A DNA stretch of 64,000 bases. It comes from Chryseobacterium gleum. GTDB lineage: Bacteria; Bacteroidota; Bacteroidia; Flavobacteriales_D; Crocinitomicaceae. Where the stretch lies: positions 496-64,495 of the forward strand of contig CAMCWF010000011.1 of the NCBI GenBank assembly GCA_945882095.1, written 5' to 3'. The notes under the pieces were generated by a model. The model did no database searches, had not been told where the DNA came from, and saw only the letters and a list, made by a program, of their open reading frames with translations. Every line of letters begins with the position of its first letter. Position 1 is the stretch's first letter. A program made the position numbers and the translations under genes. Shown one piece after another: positions 53,524 through 63,158 of the stretch.

Positions 53524-56178
53524 ATGAAATTCCTGTATTTCCTTTCATTGAATTTCTTTGTTTTCCCAATTTTCTTCGGGCAAAATTTTGTGTCCAATGG
53601 AAATTTTGAGTTCGGTGGAAATGGAAATGGATTTGTGAATGGGGTTGGATATGTTTTTCAATCTCCTCCCTTGTTAGGAATGTCTGTACCCGGAGAAATG
53701 ACCGTCACCAATGATCCGCAAAATTTTAATAGCGGTTTATTTTTATCCCTTTCTGACCACACAAGTGGGAATGGAAATATGCTTGTCGTCGACGGAAGCA
53801 ACCAAAATGGCAACCTTCCTTTTTGGGAGGCAGGAAACGCAGGCGGAGGCATTTGCAACCTCAGCGTTGGACAAACATACCTTTTTACGTACTGGTTGCG
53901 TTCTGTCTCATCACAAGTGAGTAACCCAATCACGCAAGCGGATGTGCAAGCAAATTTCACCAACGCAACGAACATTCAATTTTTAAACGCATCCTCCTTA
54001 GCACCGCTTCCCAACAATGGTTGGCAATCGTATTCCTATCAAATCGACGCCACAAACACCTGTGTAAACATCTCCATGTACGATGCAAATAGCGCTAGCC
54101 TCGGTAATGATTTTGCTGTAGATGACATAAAGCTCATGCCCATTGGAGGTCCCTTAACTGCGACCGCATCAAACACACGTCCCAATTGCAGCGATTCCTT
54201 AAGTGGGGTTTTCATTGCGTACGCGTTGGGTGGGACACCGCCCTACACCTATCAACTGACAGGAATGGGCTACGCGCTGACCAACAACGATGGTGTCTTT
54301 ACCCAGTTACCGTCCGGAAACTACGCCCTTCAGGTTACCGATGTCAACAATCAAACCGTTAACTTGACAAATGAAGTTATCTATCCAAATGACTTTTTAA
54401 CCGTGGCACCCTTGGACACCGTTATTTGTCCCAACAACAATGTACAACTCACCGTCTCTGGAGGCACCAACACCAATTACATTTGGATGGCAACGCCCTC
54501 GGACCCTTTGTTGCTCAACCCAATCAACGATACGGTGAATGTAAGCCCTAACCAAAGCACGGAATATTTGGTCTCCACAAATGACTTAAACTTTAATTTG
54601 GTCAACAACGGTAATTTTGAAGCAAACGGATCCGGGTTTTACAGTGAGTTGAATTTCTTAACGCCCAACAATCCAACGGCCATGCAAGGAGCTTTTGGCA
54701 TTACCACCAACGCGAATTTTTGGGAGCCAAGTTTTTCCAGTTGTGTTGACCATACCTTGGGAAATGGAACGGGTTATATGCTCGTGGTGGATGGTTCTAC
54801 CTTTGGTAACTTACCCGTTTGGAAACAAACCCTTGCTGTCCAACCCAATACAACCTACACCTTTCGTTATTTTGCCCAATCCGTATCTGCAAACAGCCCT
54901 GCAATTCTTCACAGCGACATAAACGGCGTTACGCTTGGCATAGATACCCTCACATCCACCACATGCAGCTGGCAAATGTTCACGTATTCATGGAATGCCG
55001 GTCAAGACACCCTGTGTACCTTGACGCTTACCAACCTTAATCAAGGTGCCAATGGAAATGATTTTGCAATTGATGACATTTCTTTTAGTACGCTAAGGTC
55101 GTGTTCGAATGCTGCACATGTGGTCGTACTCACGGGAAATCCAAACCTGGGGCTCACTTATCCCAATAACCTTTGTCCAAATGGTGGCAGTATCATGCCT
55201 TCGTTGGCGGCGGGGATTCCAACCAACGGTACATTTAACGCCATTCCAGGTGGAGTGAACTTAAACCCACTGAATGGAATGGTGAATGGAAGTGGCTCAA
55301 ATCCGGGAATTTATCAAGTGATTTATTCAACTAATCTTTGCAGTGTGGTTGCAAAAGACACCTTTGTATTGACCATACGTCCTTTGCCCAGTTTTTCGAG
55401 CCTAACTGGGGGACTGTACGATTGTGGTTTGCAAAGTTTTGATTCGGTACTTCTATTCGTATCAGGAACAGCGCCTTATTCATTAAACTACACCCTCAAC
55501 GGAATCGAAACGAATATAACAGGAAATGCTTCGCCTTTATACCTTGGAAATTCACAAGGCTTTTACTTCTTAGATTCCTTGGAAGATGTTTATTGTTTCA
55601 ATGACATTACGGGCAGTTTGACTTTGGACAGCTTGGCGATTCCTTCCTTGCCTATTTTGATGGGAGAAACGGTCTTCTGTGCCGATGAACCCGTTGGTGT
55701 AATTTCAATTGCCAACCCAAATCCGATGGGAACCATCAACTGGTATGCTGATGCCGGTTTAACGCAATGGTTAGAGAGTGGGAATCAATTTTATGCTTCA
55801 AATGACTCAGCCGCCACGTATTATGTCGCCCAAACCGTGAACGGATGTATTGGCGCGCCCCTCTCATTTAACGTAGAAATCGAAACGTGTAATTTCATCA
55901 TTCCAACGGCCTTTACCCCGGATAATGATGGAGACAATGATGTTTGGCAAATTGTAGGACTGGATGCAAAATTTCCCTTAAACCAAGTTAAAATTTATAA
56001 CCGTTGGGGAGACATCTTATTTACTTCGAAAACAGGACACTACAATGAAAGCCCCTGGGACGGCAAGCTAAACGGAAAAGATTTACCTGTGGGTAGTTAT
56101 TATTTCATCCTAGAAAAAGCAGAAGATGGAAGCATTGAACCTGTGAATGGTGTAATTTCAATCCTAAGGAAACCATGA
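53524..56178 (+). CDS. T9SS type B sorting-domain surface protein with two CBM-like jelly-roll modules
   Basis: Signal peptide. There are two modules, each beginning NGNFE and ending GNDFA(V/I)DDI. One SprB-type repeat is present (GGTPPYTYQLTG). The C-terminus is IIPTAFTPDNDGDNDVWQI...IYNRWGDILF...WDGKLNGKDLPVGSYYFIL...GVISILRK. Confidence 0.85.
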   Translation: MKFLYFLSLNFFVFPIFFGQNFVSNGNFEFGGNGNGFVNGVGYVFQSPPLLGMSVPGEMTVTNDPQNFNSGLFLSLSDHTSGNGNMLVVDGSNQNGNLPFWEAGNAGGGICNLSVGQTYLFTYWLRSVSSQVSNPITQADVQANFTNATNIQFLNASSLAPLPNNGWQSYSYQIDATNTCVNISMYDANSASLGNDFAVDDIKLMPIGGPLTATASNTRPNCSDSLSGVFIAYALGGTPPYTYQLTGMGYALTNNDGVFTQLPSGNYALQVTDVNNQTVNLTNEVIYPNDFLTVAPLDTVICPNNNVQLTVSGGTNTNYIWMATPSDPLLLNPINDTVNVSPNQSTEYLVSTNDLNFNLVNNGNFEANGSGFYSELNFLTPNNPTAMQGAFGITTNANFWEPSFSSCVDHTLGNGTGYMLVVDGSTFGNLPVWKQTLAVQPNTTYTFRYFAQSVSANSPAILHSDINGVTLGIDTLTSTTCSWQMFTYSWNAGQDTLCTLTLTNLNQGANGNDFAIDDISFSTLRSCSNAAHVVVLTGNPNLGLTYPNNLCPNGGSIMPSLAAGIPTNGTFNAIPGGVNLNPLNGMVNGSGSNPGIYQVIYSTNLCSVVAKDTFVLTIRPLPSFSSLTGGLYDCGLQSFDSVLLFVSGTAPYSLNYTLNGIETNITGNASPLYLGNSQGFYFLDSLEDVYCFNDITGSLTLDSLAIPSLPILMGETVFCADEPVGVISIANPNPMGTINWYADAGLTQWLESGNQFYASNDSAATYYVAQTVNGCIGAPLSFNVEIETCNFIIPTAFTPDNDGDNDVWQIVGLDAKFPLNQVKIYNRWGDILFTSKTGHYNESPWDGKLNGKDLPVGSYYFILEKAEDGSIEPVNGVISILRKP

Positions 56179-57161
56179 AGCAAATCATTTGTGTATTTAC
56201 CCTCTGTGTTTTCTCACAAGCAATATGGGGACAGCAATTGCCTCAGTTCAGACAAATTGCGCAAAGTCCTTCATTGTACAATCCATCGGCGATGGGATTA
56301 CAGAAACAAAATTATGTCTCGTTGATTGGAAAATGGCAAATGTTAGGATTTGGGTATGAACCCAAAACCATCGCCGTCTATGGCCAATACCAAGTAAAGA
56401 AGAAACCAAAAAACATTTTCAACCCTGGAAGCAGAATTCAGAAGGATTTCACCCCTGTACAAAAAAGAAAAAGTTTGGTACTCAAACACATCGTTGGCGG
56501 ACAAGTGATCTCAGACAACTACGGTGCTTTTAAATACCTTGAAGTAAACGGGAGTTATGCGCTGAGCATCCCGATTCAAACGGACTGGAAGGCGACCATA
56601 GGATTGCGTTTGGGACTTAGAAACAATTCATTTAACCCAAGCTTGGGCAAGGTTTTAAATGTTCAAGATGTACAAATGCCTTACGCCGGAGGAGACATGA
56701 CCTACGATGAATTTACCGCCAATAACCAACGGTCAATGGAAATGACCTCCGCAGCAGGGATTACACTTTCTAGCAAGAAAAGCTTTTTCTCCGCGTCGGT
56801 ACAACATGGTGGGGTTCCCAATGGTTTTATAAAACAAACCTCCTTTTTCGACCAAAGAATGCATTTCAACGCGATGATTGGACGAACTTTTGCCATCTCA
56901 AGTGGGTTAGACATTCAACCTGTTCTTATTGTCAAAAAAATGTCACCCGCCCCCATTTCCATTGAATTAAGTACGGTTGCAACCATCAATTATATTTTTT
57001 GGTTTGGCATTAATTATCAATACAATGCGTCCGCAGGAATCATGGCGGGGATGGAGGTGTCTGACAACTTAAAAATTGGTTACGCCATTGATTTTTCAAC
57101 GAATCGAATCAATAAATTCAGCAATGGTGGTCATGAAATATATTTGAGTTATGGTTTCTAA
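56175..57161 (+). CDS. PorP/SprF-family type IX secretion system membrane protein
   Basis: Signal peptide followed by QQLPQFRQIAQSPSLYNPSAMG. The body is beta-barrel-like. ATGA overlap with the upstream cargo gene. Confidence 0.85.
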   Translation: MKQIICVFTLCVFSQAIWGQQLPQFRQIAQSPSLYNPSAMGLQKQNYVSLIGKWQMLGFGYEPKTIAVYGQYQVKKKPKNIFNPGSRIQKDFTPVQKRKSLVLKHIVGGQVISDNYGAFKYLEVNGSYALSIPIQTDWKATIGLRLGLRNNSFNPSLGKVLNVQDVQMPYAGGDMTYDEFTANNQRSMEMTSAAGITLSSKKSFFSASVQHGGVPNGFIKQTSFFDQRMHFNAMIGRTFAISSGLDIQPVLIVKKMSPAPISIELSTVATINYIFWFGINYQYNASAGIMAGMEVSDNLKIGYAIDFSTNRINKFSNGGHEIYLSYGF

Positions 57162-58776
57162 GCTACTGGCATTGGTTTTTATGGTCGCTTGCGCAGGTAT
57201 CGTTCAAGCTCAAATTTATGATTTCACCCTGCCACAAAGAATGGGGTCGATGATCAATTCTTCCGCCGATGAAAGCAATCCTGTCTTGAGTCCTAATGAT
57301 TCCCTGTTGTATTTCGTGCGAACTTTCGACCCAAACAATGTGGGGGGTATTTATGACCAAGACATTTGGACTTCCAAAAAGGAAAAAGACCAATGGAATA
57401 TACCAAAACCAATGGCCCAGTTCAATAACAAACTGAACAATGGGGTTATTTGCGAAAAAATCAACCCAAAAGACAGTTCAGAACAAATCCTGTATTTGTT
57501 GACAGCGTATGGAAATGAAAAGGACACGAAAAAAGGGATTTCAGTTTCCACTAAAAAACCCAAGGATACCCTTTGGGGTATTTCAAGTAGAATGGCTATT
57601 CCCGATTTGGACATTGATGGGAAATACGTAAGTTACTTTCTTTCGGAGGACCAAACCGTTTTGGTATTTTCGTTTGAAGGCTCAGATAGCGAGGGTGAAG
57701 AAGACCTTTACTATTCCCTAAAATCATCAGAGGGCTGGTCGATTCCCGAGCATTTAGGCGCAGCAATCAACAGTCCTGGTTTCGAAATCTCTCCGTTTCT
57801 TACCGCAGGAAATGACACCCTGTTTTTTTCAAGCAATGGCTTCAAAGGATTGGGGGACGCCGACATCTATTATAGTGTCCGTAAAGGAAAATGGAACAAT
57901 TGGACCAAACCAATGAACCTCGGAAAAACGATAAACACCCCTTATTTCGATGCATATTTTTCACTGAAAAACAACAAAGCGATGTGGTCAAGCAACCGCG
58001 AAGGAAAGGACTTGGACATCTGGAACGCTTGGGCGATTGCCCCACCCAAGTTAACCTACACAAGCAACCAAAAAGACGTTAGCGAATTTCAAGGAAATGA
58101 TGGCGAAGTGGACATCACCATTACTTCGGGTATTCCACCCTACAAATACACCTGGTCGAATGGCCTCACTACGCAAGACCTTTCCAATGCCCGAAAAGGA
58201 GAATACAAACTAACCATTCTGGATTCCATTGGGCAGAAAGTCCAGTTGACTTTCACACTCAATGAACCGCCGGCAAAAGAACAAAACCTGATCCGTTTTC
58301 CAAACATTCAATATGCCTTTAACAAGTGGTCGTTTGTCAATGACTCAACCGTTAATAGCTACGATTCACTCGCTTCCGTTGCAAAACTCTTACAGGACTA
58401 CCCCAAATTAACCATTGAATTGATTTCCCACACCGATGCCCGTGGTGACCTTGAACTCAACCAAATCCTTTCAGAGAACCGTGCGAAATCATGTTATATT
58501 TATTTGGTAAATGACCTTCACATTGACCCAAGAAGGATTGTTCCCATCGGGAAAGGGGAATCAGAACCGGCGAACTGGTACGATCCAAGCACCCAATCGT
58601 ATGTGAAACTCACAGAAGAATTTATCAATGATAAAAAGGAAAATACCGCCTTATTTGAATACCTAAATCAACTTAACCGAAGGACAGAAGGAAGGGTGCT
58701 AAGCCTAGACTTCAACCCACAAACAGCGGCTCCAGCCCCTAAGTCCTACATGGAATTTCAAATCCTTCCAAGGTAA
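57151..58776 (+). CDS. PD40 (TolB-like) repeat, SprB repeat and OmpA-domain outer-membrane-associated protein
   Basis: Signal peptide. PD40 repeats are present (ADESNPVLSPNDSLLYFVR, GFEISPFLTAGNDTLFFSSN). An SprB repeat is present (SGIPPYKYTWSNG). The C-terminal OmpA-like part is IQYAFNKWSF...LISHTDARGDLELNQILSENRAKS. It overlaps the PorP/SprF gene by 11 nt. Confidence 0.85.
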   Translation: MVSKLLALVFMVACAGIVQAQIYDFTLPQRMGSMINSSADESNPVLSPNDSLLYFVRTFDPNNVGGIYDQDIWTSKKEKDQWNIPKPMAQFNNKLNNGVICEKINPKDSSEQILYLLTAYGNEKDTKKGISVSTKKPKDTLWGISSRMAIPDLDIDGKYVSYFLSEDQTVLVFSFEGSDSEGEEDLYYSLKSSEGWSIPEHLGAAINSPGFEISPFLTAGNDTLFFSSNGFKGLGDADIYYSVRKGKWNNWTKPMNLGKTINTPYFDAYFSLKNNKAMWSSNREGKDLDIWNAWAIAPPKLTYTSNQKDVSEFQGNDGEVDITITSGIPPYKYTWSNGLTTQDLSNARKGEYKLTILDSIGQKVQLTFTLNEPPAKEQNLIRFPNIQYAFNKWSFVNDSTVNSYDSLASVAKLLQDYPKLTIELISHTDARGDLELNQILSENRAKSCYIYLVNDLHIDPRRIVPIGKGESEPANWYDPSTQSYVKLTEEFINDKKENTALFEYLNQLNRRTEGRVLSLDFNPQTAAPAPKSYMEFQILPR

Positions 58777-59381
58777 TGAAAGTGCTTTCCTTGCTCTTTC
58801 ACCTTGGCGTGGTGTTCGCAGGATTTGCCTTTCTATGGTTTTGGATTGAGTTGCTCATTAAACTGGTACTTCCGTTAAAAATTAGGGTGCCTTCAAAATA
58901 CATCCTGAAACTGCTGAAATCGCTCTTTTTGGGGACCCTCGTGTTGAAATTCAACCTTATGCAAGAAGGGACTTTGGCCTTCAACACCTCGTTGACCGTC
59001 TCCTTGTTAGCCTATTTTCTGTATATGATTCGAAGCATAAAAAATGAAAATTCCAGGTTTAAGGTGAAAATCAATTCGAACATGCAAGCGCGTGTAAAAA
59101 CCAATGTAAAACTGGAATGGTCCATTGCATTTTCTTCATTAATGGTCACCCTGATTTGGCTTTTTTACCCCAAAATGTTAGACAGCGCAACCACTGAATG
59201 GTTTTATACCAAAACACATTACTTGCTATCTGTGCCTTTGTTGGGATGGGTTTTTCGAATTTCGGGACTCTTCTTCGTAATTGGAACCATCCTAAGGTTT
59301 GTTTCTGCACTTTTTTGGATTGTGAAAAGACCAAAGAAGAAAATAGACCCTGAAGAATTTGACGATTTTGAAGAACTCTAA
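58776..59381 (+). CDS. Integral membrane protein of unknown function (about 5 TM)
   Basis: 201 aa with hydrophobic helices throughout and an acidic C-terminal tail PEEFDDFEEL. The start ATG shares one nucleotide with the upstream stop (TAATG). Confidence 0.55.
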   Translation: MKVLSLLFHLGVVFAGFAFLWFWIELLIKLVLPLKIRVPSKYILKLLKSLFLGTLVLKFNLMQEGTLAFNTSLTVSLLAYFLYMIRSIKNENSRFKVKINSNMQARVKTNVKLEWSIAFSSLMVTLIWLFYPKMLDSATTEWFYTKTHYLLSVPLLGWVFRISGLFFVIGTILRFVSALFWIVKRPKKKIDPEEFDDFEEL

Positions 59382-60001
59382 ATCCCAGCTAAAAACAAGG
59401 TTCTACCGCTTGCGACAATCATTTGAATGCCAATCGATAATACAATAAGCCCCATTATTTTTGAAAGGGTTCTAAGCCCACCTTGTCCAATGTATTTCAA
59501 AAGAAACGGTGCTGAAAGCAAGGTTCCATAAATACCTGCACACACGGCCAATATCGCACCAATGACAGCGGATTTATCTACCCAATGTTCCGTTTGAAGC
59601 GATAAATTAATCAAAAGAGAAATGGATCCTGGACCGGCCAACAAAGGCATCGCCAAAGGGCTGAAAGAAATGTCTTCCTTTAAACGAGACTCTTCCTCAA
59701 CCGCCCCCTCTACATCTTTTTTGTGTTGCGCATTTAAAAGTAAAAATCCTGACCTAGAAATGATAATACCACCCGCAATTTTAAGCGCGTGAATGGATAC
59801 GCCAAAGAAATTCAGTACGAACTCCCCGAATAAAAACGAAACCAAACAAACCAAAACCACATAAATAGAAGTTCGGCGAACGGTGCGCATGAGGTGGTCC
59901 TTCGGATAACCTGAGGTTAGCGAAATAAAAACAGGCATTGCACTGAGCGGATTGATCAGTGAAAATAGCGAAATACAGGTAGAAATAAAGAGAGTCAGCA
60001 T
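59378..60001 (-). CDS. MarC-family (UPF0056) integral membrane protein
   Basis: 207 aa with 6 TM. N-terminal FSLINPLSAMPVFISLT is typical of the MarC family. Confidence 0.85.
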   Translation of the reverse strand: MLTLFISTCISLFSLINPLSAMPVFISLTSGYPKDHLMRTVRRTSIYVVLVCLVSFLFGEFVLNFFGVSIHALKIAGGIIISRSGFLLLNAQHKKDVEGAVEEESRLKEDISFSPLAMPLLAGPGSISLLINLSLQTEHWVDKSAVIGAILAVCAGIYGTLLSAPFLLKYIGQGGLRTLSKIMGLIVLSIGIQMIVASGRTLFLAGI

Positions 60002-60220
60002 AATTTTCGCTGCAAAGTTGGTGATTCATTTTAAGTTACCTTGACTATACATTGTTAAGAAAATGTAATGTTTAATTTGATTTAAAGAACCTTCCTCATC
60101 GGCTTGTTCAGGGCTACCACAACTCAGCAATTTCCCTATATAAAAAGCAAGTAACCTCAGCTGAACGTTTCCTTCCATCCAAAGTATACCCATTCGATTG
60201 TTGTATATTTATCCTTCGCT

Positions 60221-62458
60221 ATGAAATCGGCTTGTCTATTTATTCTTCTTCTCTTTTTGTGCCCTGGAATCTTTGCACAAGATTGCACCTTTGATTACTA
60301 CAACAAAAAAGGTGGGCATTACTTATTTTCCACCTACTATAACAATGACCAATCCATTAGGGAAGGTGTTTGTGAACGTACGGATGGCACGCAGGTCTAT
60401 GAAAAAAGAGTGTTTCAAAACGGTCATATCATCTCTGAAGAATTAAACCATTACAACGATGGGAAATTTACCCCACGTACACGAACCACATTAAATCATC
60501 AAGCAAAAAAAGGGAAACCTATTGGGGAATTAAAACAATTTAATGAACAAGGTACCTTGATGATACATTGGGAATTCTACAACGACCAAAGTGGTCGCCG
60601 CCGCTACAAGAGTACAGAATTTCATATTAACGGTAAATTGCGCTTCATTCATGAGTACGCTTTCATTCGATTAAGTGAAATTGATTCTTTCAACAGAAAG
60701 GACCATCCACCTCACACCGTGGATGATTATGGTTATTCAAGCCTGATCGTTCCCTACGGTAAACATACATGGTACAATGACAAGGGGGTCCTGGTTAAAG
60801 AAGAATCGTATGACAAGTTGACCTTCTATGACCAAGATGCCCAACACCTGCTCCACGGCAAGTATACTGAATACCACGATAATGGAAAAATCAGAACGCA
60901 AGGGCAATACAAGGAAGGTAATCCAGATGGGACCTGGACACATTTTCATTACAATGGCAAAATTTACGAATCGGGATCATATCGAGACAACATCAAAGAC
61001 AGCCTTTGGCGGCAGTGGGATGACCAAGGCAGACTCACAAAAGAATCAATTTATACGCGACAAGCAAACAACCCCTTTGCTCCGGTGTGGGAAAAAGAAT
61101 ACAATGCGGCGGGACAGCTAATTCACTCGAAAGCAATCGATCAAAAAAATCAGGCAATCCTTCAAGATTGGTCAACCGAAGGGAAATTAATACGGTATGT
61201 AGTATTTAATAACGGTTCCCAAATGAATTGGAACAACACCGACTATCGAATTTTTGAAAAACAATGGTATGAAAATGGCCAATTGAAGGAGTGTTCTCAA
61301 AAATATTCCGATACAGCCTATGTAAGTTACTTCCGAAATGGACAAATGGAACGATTAAACATTTCGTATTGGAAAGATACGGTGCATTTTTCCATGCAAA
61401 AACTGTGGAATATCCTTGGAACGCTTAGCTCCGAAACCGTTGGGTCGTCATCGTTTCATACAAATCAACAGAGTCAACGCTTGTATTATGGGAACGGACA
61501 AATCAAGGAGCAAACAACCATCAATAACCGCCATCAAACCAAGGAAGGATTTAGCCATTCAGGGGATCGACATGAACTGTTAACGTATTCAAACAACCAG
61601 TTAAATGGAAGTGTTGAACTAAAAGATACCTTGAATGGGCATTCCATCAGCGCTACCTATAAGAACGGACTTCGCCATGGTCGTTTCGTTGAAAAAAACG
61701 ATAAAGACCTAGTCATTAAAGAACAAACCTATGTCGAAGGGTGTGATAACACAGTCCAAAAGATCAACTTAGCTGATTTAATCCCTAAAGCAAAGCAAAA
61801 AACATGGCGTAACCGAGCGAACCATCTATTATACTACAAAACCTACCAAGATTCTACTTCGATCAAGGCATTAAATCTAACCCGAGATTCCATGGCGTAT
61901 TGGTTGTATGCATTTAATTGCTATTTGGATTCCATGAAGTATAGCGCCGATTATCAAGAAACCGAAGTGGTGCGGGTATGGCTTCAACTACCCCAAGTAT
62001 ACTATCCAAAATTTAATGAAGACAATAATTCCCATACTAGCGTAAAAGCCCTTAAAGCCTTATTGGATAGCTTGGGTTACAAGTGGAAACTACTCGGCAT
62101 GGAGAACGGGAATTACGAAGTGGAACTGATGATAACAGACTTTATTCATCCATCCATGCTTTCGTTCGTATTTAAAGAACATTGGAACTTTGTTCGAGTG
62201 CAATATAGCCGAGACGGCGAAAAGAGTAATGATTTAAGGGTACATATACGGCCCGTGACCCAACGAATTGACATCGTGCGCATTACACCTTGTTACAGCG
62301 AGATATCCTTCTATAACGAGGGGAGCAACACAAACTTCATTGTGTATGCGAATGGGGAAGTTGAAATTAAAAACCGGACCATCACTTGGCCCGAATGGAT
62401 GGAATATGTAAGGAATAATCCCCAGCATTTTCCTAAAGGCTATTTATGGAATGATTAA
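60221..62458 (+). CDS. Secreted 745-aa protein with many MORN-variant (YwqK-like) repeats and an unassigned ~240-aa C-terminal region
   Basis: Signal peptide MKSACLFILLLFLCPGIFAQ. Repeats include GKYTEYHDNGKIRTQGQYKEGNPDGTWTHFHYNGKIYESGSY and WYENGQLKE. The C-terminal part has no motif I recognise. Confidence 0.65.
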   Translation: MKSACLFILLLFLCPGIFAQDCTFDYYNKKGGHYLFSTYYNNDQSIREGVCERTDGTQVYEKRVFQNGHIISEELNHYNDGKFTPRTRTTLNHQAKKGKPIGELKQFNEQGTLMIHWEFYNDQSGRRRYKSTEFHINGKLRFIHEYAFIRLSEIDSFNRKDHPPHTVDDYGYSSLIVPYGKHTWYNDKGVLVKEESYDKLTFYDQDAQHLLHGKYTEYHDNGKIRTQGQYKEGNPDGTWTHFHYNGKIYESGSYRDNIKDSLWRQWDDQGRLTKESIYTRQANNPFAPVWEKEYNAAGQLIHSKAIDQKNQAILQDWSTEGKLIRYVVFNNGSQMNWNNTDYRIFEKQWYENGQLKECSQKYSDTAYVSYFRNGQMERLNISYWKDTVHFSMQKLWNILGTLSSETVGSSSFHTNQQSQRLYYGNGQIKEQTTINNRHQTKEGFSHSGDRHELLTYSNNQLNGSVELKDTLNGHSISATYKNGLRHGRFVEKNDKDLVIKEQTYVEGCDNTVQKINLADLIPKAKQKTWRNRANHLLYYKTYQDSTSIKALNLTRDSMAYWLYAFNCYLDSMKYSADYQETEVVRVWLQLPQVYYPKFNEDNNSHTSVKALKALLDSLGYKWKLLGMENGNYEVELMITDFIHPSMLSFVFKEHWNFVRVQYSRDGEKSNDLRVHIRPVTQRIDIVRITPCYSEISFYNEGSNTNFIVYANGEVEIKNRTITWPEWMEYVRNNPQHFPKGYLWND

Positions 62459-62460
62459 AC

Positions 62461-62490
62461 AAAAAAAGCCACCCCGAAGGATGGCTTTTC
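62461..62490. terminator. Bidirectional rho-independent terminator between convergent genes
   Basis: AAAAAAAGCCACCCCGAAGGATGGCTTTTC. The stem pairs AGCCA.CC with GG.TGGCT (7 bp with one mismatch) around a CGAA loop. It is flanked by A7 upstream and T4 downstream, so it reads as a hairpin plus T-run on both strands. Confidence 0.8.
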
Positions 62491-62510
62491 AATATATAGC
62501 ATATAAGTCC

Positions 62511-62981
62511 TTAGAACTTCACTAAAGTTTGTGCACTTTGATTTCCATTTTGTGAAATGGTAACTAGGTACGTTCCGTTGCTTAATCCACTCAAATCTAA
62601 TGAAGAATTGTTGTTTACGGTTTGGTTCATGAACGTTTTCCCGCTTAAATCACTTACAACAACTTCTGCATTTTCGATGCCGTTGATTGTCACCAATCCA
62701 TTGCTTGGATTTGGGAACAAAGCAAAAGAGAATGCATTGTTTTCGTTAATCCCTAAGTAAGACTCTAAAATCACTTTGTCTAACACATGTACAACGCCGT
62801 TCTCCGCAGCAACATCGGCCGTGGTTACATTTGCATCGTTAATTTTCACACCTCGTTGGTTGGATTCATTATCAATAAAGTAACCGGAACCACAAGAATT
62901 TCGAACAGCTTTAATGCTAATAAGCTGAGCATATAAAAGGTTAACCCAAAAAAGCGCTACAAAGGCCAAATATATATTCAT
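62511..62981 (-). CDS. Small secreted protein: residual C-terminal piece of a fasciclin (FAS1) domain fused to a T9SS type A sorting domain
   Basis: The ATG at 62981 gives the signal peptide MNIYLAFVALFWVNLLYAQ, whereas the track start at 63098 is GTG. GVKINDANVTTADVAAENGVVHVLDKVIL matches only the last ~30 aa of FAS1 domains. The CTD LFPNPSNGLVTINGIENAEVVVSDLSGK...GTYLVTISQNGNQSAQTLVKF follows. Confidence 0.7.
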   Translation of the reverse strand: MNIYLAFVALFWVNLLYAQLISIKAVRNSCGSGYFIDNESNQRGVKINDANVTTADVAAENGVVHVLDKVILESYLGINENNAFSFALFPNPSNGLVTINGIENAEVVVSDLSGKTFMNQTVNNNSSLDLSGLSNGTYLVTISQNGNQSAQTLVKF

Positions 62982-63133
62982 GTTCGCATAACGACAGAAG
63001 TTCCTGCCATTACAAATCGAAACGTTAACCTGATCTTTTAGGTAAACTGCAAATAGCACCTTTTGTCCCGTAGGCAATAATAATGATTTGTTTTTCACTC
63101 GAATAACAAGATAATTAAATTATTTGATCAATT

Positions 63134-63158
63134 CTCGCGACAGTGTGGCGAGTTTTTT
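63134..63158 (+). terminator. Orphan terminator-like hairpin plus T6 on the plus strand
   Basis: CTCGCGACAGTGTGGCGAG followed by TTTTTTGTTTT. The stem has 5 bp, a mismatch, then 2 bp, with a triloop. No plus-strand gene lies upstream of it. Confidence 0.35.
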
